DNA of 64,000 nt, from the NCBI GenBank assembly GCA_964452775.1, contig CAYVQP010000009.1:7289-71288 (forward strand), given 5' to 3'. The first letter of the stretch is position 1, and each line of letters opens with the position of its first letter. Both the position numbers and the translations under genes were made by a program. Source of the stretch: an uncultured Ardenticatenaceae bacterium. GTDB taxonomy: Bacteria; Chloroflexota; Anaerolineae; Promineifilales; Promineifilaceae. The notes beneath the pieces are model-generated. The model worked only from the letters and a program-made list of their open reading frames with translations. It had not been told where the DNA came from and ran no database searches. This document shows positions 46,547 through 56,651 of this stretch, one piece after another.

Positions 46547-49018
46547 TCAGGGCAAGCTGTTCACCCAATTCACCGACGAACAGAGCAGATCATCTTGAAA
46601 GACAATGCGCCGGACCAGCTCTCCATCCGGCAGCGGGGCGATCAGCTCCACGTTTTCACCGCCGACGAAGGCAATCCACGGCGAATCAGCGGACCAATCA
46701 TGTTGGACGAGCGCAAACTCCTCACCGGGGATACCGATTGAATACGTTTGGCCGGTGTCCAGGTTGAGCAACTGAAAGCCGGCCTGTGCCGTCTTAGCTG
46801 CCAACCAGTTGCCGTCAGGGGAAAGCAGTTGAATCGGTTGCGGCAGGTCAAAAGATAGTCCGTCAATCAGCCAGGTCATTTCAAGTGAGTAGAGTTCTGC
46901 GCCCTCGATGGCTTCGCCCGGCGGCAACGTAACCCGAAACAAGGTGAGGTAACCGAACTCGGCATGCGCGGCGAGTACAAACAAGGTGTCCGGCGCTGCC
47001 GGATGCGTCTTTACCATTTGGATCATGGGCGGGATGGGTTGCCGGCCCCGTGACTGTGCAGCGGCCAGATCATGGGCGGCCAACAGGAGCCACTGCTCGC
47101 CTGTGCTTACGCGGGAGAGGTAAATGCTGGAATAGTCCAGGCCGATAAAGCCGTAGAGTTCCTCGCTTATCCAGAAGGGCGCATGCCCCTCTCCAATCGG
47201 CTGCCAATCAGCCAGGCCACGGTCGCCGAGGAGCAGGCTGCCGTCATCTTGCTCGACTATCAATAGCTGCCCATCGGGAGACCAGACGGGCGCCCCGGGC
47301 AAGGGGATCAGCCAACAATCAGCGCCCGGCGCACAGGTGGTAAGGTCTGCAAAGGCGATACCAGGGCCGGGATTCTGATCATCAATGACCCAGAGCTGCG
47401 CATATTGTCCCTGCGGATCCACCGGCTCGCCCAGATAGATTATTACTGCTCCCGGGCTGTTCCAAAGTACCCTGGCCGGCTGAACGCCGCTGCGAATCAA
47501 CTGCGTCTCGGCGCTCATGCCGTCCGGCAAGCTGACGGTCAGAAACACCCCCGAATCGTCCGGTAGCGCCAGGGGGAAAAAGAATTCCTCCGGAAGGGAA
47601 ACCTCGAGGGACAATGAATTTGTGGCGATGTCATATCGGTAGAGGCCGGCTTCCGGGCCTGACCTACTTCTGCAGGCGAGCAACAGATCCTGATCCGGCA
47701 AGGGTATTGGTGGTGGAGTCGCATTCTGATAGCTTTCCGCTTTCTCGCGGACAAATTGATACCAGGATTCCTCGTTGAACGAGCTGCCGGTGACCAAGCG
47801 GGCCCAATAGAGTAAACTGTTGCTGCCACGACTGTCACCTACTGCAACCAGATATTCTGCAAGCCGCGTGAGTTCGGCGCCATCCGAAAGTAGATATTCC
47901 ACAATGGCGTGAGCAAGCGCACGGTCGCGAGGGTCCAGGTCATCCATGGACCGCGCATCCCAGGCGGCATACGTTCGCGATCCATCCCGCACCGGATAAT
48001 TGACCAGCCCTAAATACTCTGATTCACGCAGGGGATAGGGCCGGACTCCCAATTCAGCCAGCGTTGCATCCACTATCGCCTCAAAATAGGCGATCTTCAG
48101 ACAGCATTTCCACTCAAGGATATCGGCCAGGGCAGCGGCAATCACCAGGGCGGCGTAGCCATCTGAAAGCGCCTCCGTTCCTGTCTCGTCCACTGGCATC
48201 CCAATCAATGTTGGGGAGGGCAGATCCAGCGAGCGAGTTGCCTTTAATCGTTCTTCCGGCGACGCCAGGCGCAGCAAAGATTCGGGCTCCCGGTCGAAGC
48301 GAATGCTCATGCGCCAATTTGCAGGGCACAGATACAACACACATAGGGCTGCCAACTTGGACTCAATATCCACGGCAAAACGGCCGGCAAAACGCTCATC
48401 ACGGAGTGAGTAAGCGAAGGATGCCCGATCGCCCGCGATGGACACCCAATCTCCCCAGAAGTCGTCCTGGGGTGGGGCAAGTAGCCAGTTACGTTCGCCC
48501 TTGCGAAAAACAAGGCTCTGATCCAATAGGACGGCCTCGTCCGGATCATTACCCACGTTTGCGGTGAACTCCCTCCGTTCGTTAACAACGGCTTCTCTGA
48601 AATTGCTGGAAAGCGTGACCGTAGCGGAAATCGGCTCCTCGGCCAACGGCTGAAGGCCGATGGGCGAGACGGCTTCGCCAAAGAGCAAGCCCACCTCAAG
48701 TAGCTCCGTCTGTGTTTCCGTCCAGCCGGCATCCCGGCCGGAGAGCATTGAAATCAGTAGCTCCCGGTCGGAATTGGCGGCGGCACGTTGAACCAGCTCG
48801 TTAGCGGCGAGTACTTCTGCCTCAACCAGGTCCTGCGACTCCGCGATCCGCTGGTTGACTTCCCGCATGACAGCATAGCCGGTCAATGCCAGGGCCAGCA
48901 ATACCGCCAGAAGAATGGGCCAGCGCCGCCGGCGTGGAGACGTGGCGAGCGGCGCATCTCGTGGCTCCTCCCAGGCAGATTGATCCTCGTCCGTGTACCA
49001 GTCAAATTTGTCGCTCAT
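46547..49018 (-). CDS. Hypothetical 823-aa membrane-anchored protein with C-terminal TolB/PD40-like beta-propeller repeats
   Basis: N-terminal anchor WPILLAVLLALALTGYAV. Repeated ..VWSPDGQLLIV.., ..LLSPDGNWLAAK.. and ..DWSADSPWIAFVGG.. strands. Confidence 0.6.
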   Translation of the reverse strand: MSDKFDWYTDEDQSAWEEPRDAPLATSPRRRRWPILLAVLLALALTGYAVMREVNQRIAESQDLVEAEVLAANELVQRAAANSDRELLISMLSGRDAGWTETQTELLEVGLLFGEAVSPIGLQPLAEEPISATVTLSSNFREAVVNERREFTANVGNDPDEAVLLDQSLVFRKGERNWLLAPPQDDFWGDWVSIAGDRASFAYSLRDERFAGRFAVDIESKLAALCVLYLCPANWRMSIRFDREPESLLRLASPEERLKATRSLDLPSPTLIGMPVDETGTEALSDGYAALVIAAALADILEWKCCLKIAYFEAIVDATLAELGVRPYPLRESEYLGLVNYPVRDGSRTYAAWDARSMDDLDPRDRALAHAIVEYLLSDGAELTRLAEYLVAVGDSRGSNSLLYWARLVTGSSFNEESWYQFVREKAESYQNATPPPIPLPDQDLLLACRSRSGPEAGLYRYDIATNSLSLEVSLPEEFFFPLALPDDSGVFLTVSLPDGMSAETQLIRSGVQPARVLWNSPGAVIIYLGEPVDPQGQYAQLWVIDDQNPGPGIAFADLTTCAPGADCWLIPLPGAPVWSPDGQLLIVEQDDGSLLLGDRGLADWQPIGEGHAPFWISEELYGFIGLDYSSIYLSRVSTGEQWLLLAAHDLAAAQSRGRQPIPPMIQMVKTHPAAPDTLFVLAAHAEFGYLTLFRVTLPPGEAIEGAELYSLEMTWLIDGLSFDLPQPIQLLSPDGNWLAAKTAQAGFQLLNLDTGQTYSIGIPGEEFALVQHDWSADSPWIAFVGGENVELIAPLPDGELVRRIVFQDDLLCSSVNWVNSLP

Positions 49019-49051
49019 CGCTAGCCCATTCTAAGGGCATTTCCTTAAGCG

Positions 49052-49092
49052 ACAAAGAGAAACCCCCGGCGTTTGCCCTACGCTCGGGGGTT
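49052..49092 (-). terminator. Possible intrinsic terminator after prmA
   Basis: On the minus strand, AACCCCCG/CGGGGGTT forms an 8-bp stem with a 16-nt loop, followed by TCTCTTTG. The large loop lowers confidence. Confidence 0.4.
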
Positions 49093-49990
49093 AGCGCCGG
49101 CAAATGAGCGTAATCCAATCGCGGACCGTCAAGTTCGTTTCGACGAACCCACCGCTCTCCCGCAAGGCTGACTCTACGTCGGGCTGCTGAGTGTCAATGA
49201 TGCCGCTGAGGATCAGCCGGCCTTCCGGCGCGATGTATTCCAATAGACGCCCGTGCTGCAGCAACCCGATGATCACCGGGGCCAGAATATTGACCAGTAC
49301 CAGGTCGTAGTGGCCGGCCGTCAGGTCATCCAGGACGCCCAATCGGGCGGAAACTCTTCCGGCCAACTCATTCATCGCGATGTTTGCCTCGGCCGCGCTG
49401 ACCGCTTGCGGGTCGTTGTCAATGGCCAGCACACCTGCCGCGCCGAGCTTGCCGGCAGCGATGGCCAGGATCCCGCTACCCGTTCCCACATCAAGCACGG
49501 TCATGCCCGGCTGCACGAGGCTCTCTACCGCCTGCAGGCACATTTGTGTAGTGGGGTGCAGACCGGTACCGAAGGCCATGCCGGGGTCCAGGGTGAGTAC
49601 AATGTCGTCGCTCTGCGAAAGCTGGCTGGTGTCCCAGCTGGGCTGGATCCAAAGCCGGCGGCCAACCCGAAAAGGCTTGTAATGCGCTTTCCAGGCATGC
49701 GCCCAATCTTCATCTTTGATCTCGCGAAACTCAGGAGGAGGGACGGGATAGAGGCGGCCTAAATAGTAGATCGCTTCGGAAATCCGCTGTCGCGTTTCCG
49801 GCAAATCCTCATCTTCCGGCAGGAATATCTTGACGGTTGCCTCCGGCTCCAACGCGTAGGGATCCAGGCTCTCGGGATCTCCCAACTGCACAATGGCAAC
49901 CCCGCGTCCACCGGAATAGCGCGCGAGCGTCTCAGCAACCGCTTCCGCGGCCTCGCCGTCCGTGACGACGCTAACTTCTAGCCAGTACAA
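49091..49990 (-). CDS. prmA: Ribosomal protein L11 methyltransferase
   Basis: ..DPGMAFGTGLHPTTQMCL.. and VLDVGTGSGILAIAA motifs. Located downstream of dnaJ, as in Bacillus-type dnaK operons. Confidence 0.9.
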   Translation of the reverse strand: MYWLEVSVVTDGEAAEAVAETLARYSGGRGVAIVQLGDPESLDPYALEPEATVKIFLPEDEDLPETRQRISEAIYYLGRLYPVPPPEFREIKDEDWAHAWKAHYKPFRVGRRLWIQPSWDTSQLSQSDDIVLTLDPGMAFGTGLHPTTQMCLQAVESLVQPGMTVLDVGTGSGILAIAAGKLGAAGVLAIDNDPQAVSAAEANIAMNELAGRVSARLGVLDDLTAGHYDLVLVNILAPVIIGLLQHGRLLEYIAPEGRLILSGIIDTQQPDVESALRESGGFVETNLTVRDWITLICRR

Positions 49991-50079
49991 GGTCCGGTAT
50001 CCTGCTTATTGATGCCGCCCGCCTTGCTTGGCGCAACAGCCGGTGGACGTCCCACGTCGGGCAAAACGGGGGAAGCTGA

Positions 50080-51210
50080 TCAGATTCCCAGGGCATCGCC
50101 CAGCGCTTCTTTTAGATAATTGAGCAGGCCCTTTTCTCTCTGGGGGATGACTTCCTTACCGAGCGTGTCGGCAAGCTCCGAGAACAGTTTCTGTTGCTTG
50201 TCGCTCAACTTGGTCGGGATGACCACATTGGTCATGACCAGCTGGTCGCCGCGTCCCGACCGGTTGAGATGGGGCACGCCCATCCCGCGCATGCGAAAGA
50301 CCGTGCCGGACTGAGTACCTGCCGGGATCTTCAGCTTGTTCTCCCCTTCGACGGTCGGCACGGTCACCTCATCTCCCAGGGCAGCCTGGGCAACGTTGAC
50401 GTCCAAATTCAGCAATATGTCGTCGCCGCGCCTTGAGAAGATCTCATGGCGCTGGACCTTGATAAAGACATACAGATTGCCGGGAGGGCCGCCATCCATG
50501 CCGGGGGCTCCTTCACCGGTGAGCCGGATCTGCTGTTCGCTGCTAATGCCGGCCGGAATGCGTACCTTCATGCCGCGCGTGCGCTGCACCTGCTTTTGCC
50601 CATGGCATTCGGTACATGGGTTGATGACCACCTCGCCGGAGCCGCCGCAGGCCGGACAGGTGGAGACGTTCACAAAGGAACCAAGGATGGATTGTTGCAT
50701 CCGGCGCACTTCACCCGCGCCGTTGCAGGTCGAACAGCGCGTCGGCTGCGTGCCTGGCTCAGCGCCGGAGCCATAACAACGATCGCAGGTCTCGGGCCGG
50801 GTTACCTCGATGTCGCGCTCAACGCCGAAGATTGACTCTTCAAAGGTGATGGTCACATCGTGGCGCAAGTCAGCGCCACGTTTCGGGCCCTGCCGCCGGC
50901 GCCGCGAACCAAAGCCGCCGAAGAACTCCTCAAAGATGTCCGCTACATTGCCGAAACCGCTGAAGTCTGACGGACCTGCTCCGGCATTGACGCCGGCATG
51001 ACCAAAGCGATCGTAGGCCGCCCGCTTGTCATCGTCCGACAGCACTTCGTAGGCTTCGTTGATCTCCTTGAAGCGTTCATCGGCCCCATCTTCCTGGCTG
51101 ACGTCAGGGTGATACTGACGAGCCAGGCGTCGATAGGACTTCTTGATATCGTCCTTTGTCGCATTACGCGGGACGCTCAAAACTTCATAATAGTCGCGCT
51201 TACCGGCCAT
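50080..51210 (-). CDS. dnaJ: Molecular chaperone DnaJ
   Basis: J-domain ..YYEVLSVPRNATKDDIKKSYRRLARQYHPD.., a G/F region, and four CxxCxGxG zinc motifs. Confidence 0.95.
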   Translation of the reverse strand: MAGKRDYYEVLSVPRNATKDDIKKSYRRLARQYHPDVSQEDGADERFKEINEAYEVLSDDDKRAAYDRFGHAGVNAGAGPSDFSGFGNVADIFEEFFGGFGSRRRRQGPKRGADLRHDVTITFEESIFGVERDIEVTRPETCDRCYGSGAEPGTQPTRCSTCNGAGEVRRMQQSILGSFVNVSTCPACGGSGEVVINPCTECHGQKQVQRTRGMKVRIPAGISSEQQIRLTGEGAPGMDGGPPGNLYVFIKVQRHEIFSRRGDDILLNLDVNVAQAALGDEVTVPTVEGENKLKIPAGTQSGTVFRMRGMGVPHLNRSGRGDQLVMTNVVIPTKLSDKQQKLFSELADTLGKEVIPQREKGLLNYLKEALGDALGI

Positions 51211-51254
51211 TTGCGTCAGAACGAACGCGGGGCATACTTCCGGTCGTCCTACTC

Positions 51255-53162
51255 TTATCCTTCGCTAAATTCGCCTTCAATGACATCCTCGTCGCCGGCG
51301 GCTGAGCCGGACGGCCCGCCATATGTTGGTCCGGCGGTCGCGCCGTCGCCGCTGCCCTGCTGATACATGGCTGCACCGGCTTCCTGCATGGCGGCCTGCA
51401 GCCTATCAACATCCGCCTTCAAGTGATCAGCGCCGGCGTTGTTCGCCAAGGCGCTGCGCACGGCCTCAATTTGGCTCTGCATGGCGCTCCGGTTGGACTG
51501 CGGTATTTGTTCTCCCTGTTCGCGGAGGAACTTCTCCGCGCTGTAAACCGCCGAGTCAGCCAGATTATGCGCCTCGACGGCAGCCTTGCGATCGCGATCG
51601 CTGGCCGCGTTCCGCTCCGCTTCCTTTACCATGCGGTCAATTTCTTGATCTTGCAATCCGCTGGACGGGATAATTTGCATCGCCTGTTCCCGGCCGGTGG
51701 CCTTGTCCTTCGCGTTTACGTTTAAGATACCATCGGCGTTGATATCGAAGGTCACTTCGATCTGCGGGATGCCGCGCGGGGCCGGCGGGATGCCGTCCAG
51801 AATGAACTTGCCCAGGCTCTTATTGTCCATCGCCATCGGGCGTTCCCCCTGCAGCACATGTATCTCGACCTGTGTCTGGCTATCGGCGGCGGTGGAGAAG
51901 ACCTGGCTCTTGCGGGCGGGAATGGTCGTATTGCGCTCAATGAGCGGGGTGGCGACCGCGCCAAGCGTCTCGATGCTCAGGGTCAGCGGGGTCACGTCGA
52001 GCAGCAAGACATCCTTGACGTCGCCGCCGAGCACGCCGGCCTGAATGGCCGCGCCGATACCCACCACCTCATCCGGGTTGACGCCCTTGTGCGGCTCCTT
52101 GCCGAAGTAGCGGCGCACCGCTTCCTGAATGGCCGGCATGCGGGTCATGCCCCCAACCAGGACCACCTCCGAAATGTCGGATGGCTGCAGGCCGGCGTCC
52201 TTCATCGCCTGCCGGCACGGGCCAATTGAGCGTTCAATCAGGTCCTCGGTCAATTGCTCCAACTTGGAGCGAGTGAGGGTCAGATTCAGATGTTTCGGGC
52301 CGGTGGCGTCCGCCGTAATGTAGGGCAGGTTTAGCTCGGTCTGCATCGTAGTGGACAGCTCGATCTTCGCCTTCTCGGCCGCTTCACGCAGGCGCTGCAG
52401 GGCCTGCCGGTCTCGGCGCAGGTCTATGCCCTGGTCACGGCGAAATTCGTCTGCCACCCAGTCAATGATGCGCCGGTCAAAGTCGTCGCCGCCCAGGAAG
52501 GTGTCGCCATTGGTTGACTTCACCTCAAACACGCCTTCGCCCACCTCGAGAATGGAGATGTCGAAAGTGCCGCCGCCCAGGTCATACACGGCGATAATCT
52601 CATCCTTGTCGCTGCCCAGACCATAAGCCAATGAGGAAGCAGTCGGTTCGTTGACGATGCGCAGTACTTCCAACCCGGCAATCTTGCCGGCGTCCTTGGT
52701 CGCCTGCCGCTGGCTGTCGTTGAAGTATGCCGGGACGGTGATCACCGCCTGGGTGACGGATTCGCCCAGATAGGCCTCAGCATCCGTCTTGATTTTTTGC
52801 AGGATCATGGCGGAGATTTCCGGCGGAGAATACTCCTTGCCGTTCATTTCGACGCGGATATCGCCGTTGGGCGCCTGCCGGACCGCGTACGGGACGTAGT
52901 CCTTTGCCCGCGCTACCTCAGGATCGTTGTACTTGCGGCCCATGAACCGCTTAACAGAGTAGACCGTATTCTCTGGGTTAACAACCGCCTGTCGCTTGGC
53001 GACCTGGCCCACCATACGCTCGCCCGTCTTGGGATTTACGGCCACAACGGACGGAAATAGCCGGCCGCCCTCCGAACTAGTGATCACGGTTGGTTCGCCG
53101 CCTTCCATCACCGCTGCCACGGAGTTCGTCGTACCCAGATCGATACCTATTATCTTACCCAT
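51255..53162 (-). CDS. dnaK: Molecular chaperone DnaK (Hsp70)
   Basis: [17 protein letters not shown] and [10 protein letters not shown] signatures. Confidence 0.97.
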   Translation of the reverse strand: MGKIIGIDLGTTNSVAAVMEGGEPTVITSSEGGRLFPSVVAVNPKTGERMVGQVAKRQAVVNPENTVYSVKRFMGRKYNDPEVARAKDYVPYAVRQAPNGDIRVEMNGKEYSPPEISAMILQKIKTDAEAYLGESVTQAVITVPAYFNDSQRQATKDAGKIAGLEVLRIVNEPTASSLAYGLGSDKDEIIAVYDLGGGTFDISILEVGEGVFEVKSTNGDTFLGGDDFDRRIIDWVADEFRRDQGIDLRRDRQALQRLREAAEKAKIELSTTMQTELNLPYITADATGPKHLNLTLTRSKLEQLTEDLIERSIGPCRQAMKDAGLQPSDISEVVLVGGMTRMPAIQEAVRRYFGKEPHKGVNPDEVVGIGAAIQAGVLGGDVKDVLLLDVTPLTLSIETLGAVATPLIERNTTIPARKSQVFSTAADSQTQVEIHVLQGERPMAMDNKSLGKFILDGIPPAPRGIPQIEVTFDINADGILNVNAKDKATGREQAMQIIPSSGLQDQEIDRMVKEAERNAASDRDRKAAVEAHNLADSAVYSAEKFLREQGEQIPQSNRSAMQSQIEAVRSALANNAGADHLKADVDRLQAAMQEAGAAMYQQGSGDGATAGPTYGGPSGSAAGDEDVIEGEFSEG

Positions 53163-53224
53163 TTTCCTTTCAAATCTCCTGTGCCTGTTCTTCTCAGGAT
53201 TACGTTTGTGTCAAACTTTCAGGA

Positions 53225-53857
53225 TTACTCAGCTACGACCACCACTGTGGGCCGTATTACACGTTCGCCCATGCGATAGCCGGTCTGCAACTCTCTGATA
53301 ACTGTCCCGCTTTCAAACTCAGTGGAGGCCTCGCGCATAATCGCGTTGTGTAGTCTGGGATCGAAGGGTTGGCCCAGAGCGGGTATGACCTCGATTTCGA
53401 CGCTATCCAACATGCCGGTCAGCTTGCGATGAACAAGTTGCAGGCCCTCAAACCAGGACGTAGCTGCTACCGCCGGCGGGACACTAATCATCGCCCGGTC
53501 AAGGTCGTCAATCATAGGCAATAGGCGAGCGACCACATCTACCGTTGCATTGCGATAACTCTCAGCGCTTTCTCGCTGCATGCGCTTGCGCGCATTGGCA
53601 AACTCTGCTCTGGCGCGCTGCCAGCCGTCCAGATACTCATCGGCCAGAGCCTTTGCCGCCGCTAACTGCTGTTCCAGCGTTAGGGGCGCTTCGGTGGTCG
53701 TTTCCTCGCTGTTGTCCTCGGGCGTTGCCCCGGCTAGGCGTTCAGCGACCTGTTCGTCTCTGACCTGTTCATCTTCCAACAATGTTCCTACCTCATCATC
53801 GCATAATCTGATCCCCATCACTCTTGATGGCGGATCTGCGCAAGCGCCTGACAACAA
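53225..53857 (-). CDS. grpE: Nucleotide exchange factor GrpE
   Basis: ..DGWQRARAEFANARKR.. and C-terminal ..GQPFDPRLHNAI.. motifs. Start uncertain (TTG 53857 or ATG 53818). Confidence 0.85.
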   Translation of the reverse strand: MLSGACADPPSRVMGIRLCDDEVGTLLEDEQVRDEQVAERLAGATPEDNSEETTTEAPLTLEQQLAAAKALADEYLDGWQRARAEFANARKRMQRESAESYRNATVDVVARLLPMIDDLDRAMISVPPAVAATSWFEGLQLVHRKLTGMLDSVEIEVIPALGQPFDPRLHNAIMREASTEFESGTVIRELQTGYRMGERVIRPTVVVVAE

Positions 53858-53879
53858 TCCTGGTTGTCAGGCAAGTTAG

Positions 53880-54950
53880 CTATTCGTCAACGTCGCCATA
53901 AAGTAGCTGGTTCTCCGGCTTCTCCAGGTAATAGTCATAGACGAAGCTGGTCATCAGGTCAGCCACATAGCGAACGGCGGAAATGTTCCGGCCGTAAGAC
54001 ATGCGGGTTGGCCCAAGTACGGCAAGTTCGCCGACCAGTTGCTCGGTTGCTCCGTAGCGCGCGAGAATGATGCTGCATTCGCGCAGATCTTCCCATCGCC
54101 CTTCGCCGCCGATCACGACGCGCACATCGTTTGTTCCGGCGTCCTTGCCGGATGCGTGCAGCACTTCACTGATCACGTCAGCCAACAGGGTTCGCTCTTC
54201 CAACAATCGCACCGCCTGTCGCGCGCCGGCATCGTCCAGCAAGTTTGCCAGGCCATCCCGGTATATGTTGCTGATATCGCGCTCATCGGCTCGCCGCAAG
54301 TTGTCAACAGCCAGTCGGGCGACCTCCTCTTCCAAATCGTCCAGCCCGCTCAACCGGGCGCTAATCTCGTCCGCGGTGAAAGCGTAGCAGAGGGCGTTCA
54401 GTCGTTCGGCTGCCTGGCTCAGCCGCGCTTGAGGGAGTGGTTCGGTTAGCTGGAGCATCTGCTGCCGGATGTCGCCGCCATAGAGCACCATCACCATCAA
54501 TACCAGCCGGCCCTGGGTAGCGATCAATTGAATATGTTTGAAGCGGTTGGGGTTCGGGCGGGGAGCGGTAATGAAGCTGGCCCCCTGCGAGGTGCGGGCC
54601 AGAATAGCCGCCGCCAAGCGCATCCACTGCTCCATCTCCAGGCGCGCCTGGTGAAACTGATGGCTGATCATCTGCCGTTCGCGAAACGGCAGCTCAAATT
54701 CGCCCAGCAGACGCTGCACGAAATAGCGATAGCCTTCTTCGGTGGGGATGCGTCCGGCCGAGGTGTGCAACTGAACGATTAGCCCCAGTCTGTCCAGGGC
54801 TGCCAGCTCGTTTCGGACGGTGGCCGAGCTGAAATCCAGGTCAAAGCGATCGACCAGGCTCTTGGAGCCGACCGGATGGCCGCTCTCAATGTAGGTACGA
54901 ACCATCAGCCCCAGTATCTGTTCCTGGCGTGGTGAAAGCTGTTCTGACAT
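53880..54950 (-). CDS. hrcA: Heat-inducible transcription repressor HrcA
   Basis: LSPRQEQILGLMVRTYIESGHPVGSKSL wHTH and the HrcA C-terminal domain. ATG 54950 (the ORF-track TTG 54959 is also possible). Confidence 0.9.
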   Translation of the reverse strand: MSEQLSPRQEQILGLMVRTYIESGHPVGSKSLVDRFDLDFSSATVRNELAALDRLGLIVQLHTSAGRIPTEEGYRYFVQRLLGEFELPFRERQMISHQFHQARLEMEQWMRLAAAILARTSQGASFITAPRPNPNRFKHIQLIATQGRLVLMVMVLYGGDIRQQMLQLTEPLPQARLSQAAERLNALCYAFTADEISARLSGLDDLEEEVARLAVDNLRRADERDISNIYRDGLANLLDDAGARQAVRLLEERTLLADVISEVLHASGKDAGTNDVRVVIGGEGRWEDLRECSIILARYGATEQLVGELAVLGPTRMSYGRNISAVRYVADLMTSFVYDYYLEKPENQLLYGDVDE

Positions 54951-54975
54951 CAATTCCAAAGAAGAATGGACCTGG

Positions 54976-55002
54976 TTAGCACTCGCGGCATTAGAGTGCT
55001 AA
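54976..55002 (-). promoter_or_regulatory. CIRCE operator (HrcA binding site)
   Basis: Perfect TTAGCACTC-N9-GAGTGCTAA inverted repeat. Confidence 0.92.
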
Positions 55003-55017
55003 GAGCGCTTCTCTTGT

Positions 55018-55046
55018 ATGGTAGCATGCCGCCCAAGGCGCGTCAA
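55018..55046 (-). promoter_or_regulatory. Promoter of the hrcA operon: TTGACG, 17-nt spacer, TACCAT
   Basis: On the minus strand, -35 at 55046-55041 and -10 at 55023-55018, immediately upstream of CIRCE. Confidence 0.5.
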
Positions 55047-55120
55047 ATAAGAATGATGTTAGATCGGTGCCATGAAGTTGGAGCGACGAGGTCGGGCGGT
55101 AGCGAGCAGGAGCGGGCGAA

Positions 55121-56641
55121 TCAGGAGCGATTCCGGCCGGCGAGCATTTGCCAGGCCGTGCGCAACAGAATCTTGATGTCCAGCAAAATGGACCAGTTCT
55201 CGGTGTACCAGAGGTCGTATTTGGTGCGCTCGATGATGGAGGTGTCGCCGCGCAGGCCGTTGACCTGCGCCCAGCCGGTCATTCCGGCCTTTTCACGATG
55301 CCGGTCCATGTAACGAGGAACCGTATTGCGAAACTCCTCCACGTAGTACGGCTGTTCCGGGCGCGGACCTACCAGGCTCATTTCCCCGATTAGTACGTTA
55401 ATCAGGTTTGGAAATTCGTCTACGTCTATCCGGCGAATTAGCCGGCCTAGTCGCGTCTGCCGGGGATCATTGTCTACCGTCCAGCCGGGACCGTCCTTCT
55501 CAGCGTCGCGACGCATCGAACGAAACTTAAGCATGCGGAATGGCTTTCCGTCCAGGCCCATGCGCGTCTGGACAAAGAACGCCGGCCCCGGTGATTCCAG
55601 CTTGATAGCGATCGCCACCAGTAGCAGCAGAGGCGCGAGCACAATCAGGCCAAAGAGCGCGCCGGCGAAATCCATCAACCTTTTGATGATCATCATGTAG
55701 CCGCGCAGCGCCGAGTCGCGGACGGTCAGCAGGGGCAGGCCGCCGAGATCGTCAATGCCGGCATCCTTGGTCACAAACTGGAAAATATCGGGAAAGATCT
55801 TGATAGATACCCGCCCGCGTTCACAATAAGAGATGATCCGCACTGCCTCGCGGTGGCCCTTCTCGGGAATGGCGATAATCACTTCGTCTATGTGCAGATT
55901 CGCAATGAGCTCCGGCAGGTCCTCCGCCTCACCCAGCACCGGCACCCCCAGCACAGAACTGACATTGTCATCGCCATTGATGACCCCCACCACGTCGTAG
56001 CCGAGATGTGGCGACCAGAGGATCCGCTGCAGGATGATGCGCGAAATGTCGCCGGTGCCGACGACCAGCAGCCGGTCCTTGCCGATTCCCCGATCGCGCA
56101 GCCGTTGCCGCACCGCCTGGTGGGTCACCCGGCCCAGCATGATCAACGTGATGCACGATACCCAGGCGTAGAGCATCATTGCCCGGGGAGAGTCTACTTC
56201 AAACAGAGTGCCCTTGAGAATGAATTCAGACAGGGCGACCGCGATCAGAATGCCCAGGGTAACGCAGCCAAAGACAGAGTAAAACTGGTCTATGCGCGAA
56301 ATGGCGCGAGGCACGTAATACTGCCGGTTGAAGGCCAGGACGGAGACAATGGAGATCAGGGATACGACGACCAGGCCGGCGTAACTTCCGAGGGGCGCCA
56401 AATTGGCCGCCTCCGCCGGCCAGGGTAACAGCACGCGCAGCTGATAGGAGAGGATGAAGGCCAGGATGATCATCATCGCGTCAACCAGCAACAGCGTGAT
56501 GGTGTAGATGTTCCGGACGCTCTGGCTTCTTAGCCGTAGCCGGCTGGAACTGCTGGCCAACTGTGGGGTGTCCGGCTCAATTGGGCCGGCTGCGATCATC
56601 GGCTCCGATTCGACTGTTGCTTCGCTGACTTCGGCGCTCAT
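55121..56641 (-). CDS. Polyprenyl-phosphate hexose-1-phosphate transferase (WbaP/WcaJ-type initiating sugar transferase)
   Basis: N-terminal TM bundle, a central Rossmann-like domain, and the C-terminal PF02397-type core ..FFVQTRMGLDGKPFRMLKFRSM..DEFPNLINVLIGEMSLVGPRP... Confidence 0.85.
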   Translation of the reverse strand: MSAEVSEATVESEPMIAAGPIEPDTPQLASSSSRLRLRSQSVRNIYTITLLLVDAMMIILAFILSYQLRVLLPWPAEAANLAPLGSYAGLVVVSLISIVSVLAFNRQYYVPRAISRIDQFYSVFGCVTLGILIAVALSEFILKGTLFEVDSPRAMMLYAWVSCITLIMLGRVTHQAVRQRLRDRGIGKDRLLVVGTGDISRIILQRILWSPHLGYDVVGVINGDDNVSSVLGVPVLGEAEDLPELIANLHIDEVIIAIPEKGHREAVRIISYCERGRVSIKIFPDIFQFVTKDAGIDDLGGLPLLTVRDSALRGYMMIIKRLMDFAGALFGLIVLAPLLLLVAIAIKLESPGPAFFVQTRMGLDGKPFRMLKFRSMRRDAEKDGPGWTVDNDPRQTRLGRLIRRIDVDEFPNLINVLIGEMSLVGPRPEQPYYVEEFRNTVPRYMDRHREKAGMTGWAQVNGLRGDTSIIERTKYDLWYTENWSILLDIKILLRTAWQMLAGRNRS

Positions 56642-56651
56642 TTCGACGGCG

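Noticed and set aside
53194-53227. Direct 9-nt repeat TAATCCTGA (minus strand) at the grpE stop codon and again 25 nt downstream in the grpE-dnaK spacer.
   Set aside because: It is short, occurs only twice, and has no associated dyad or promoter geometry. It is probably chance.
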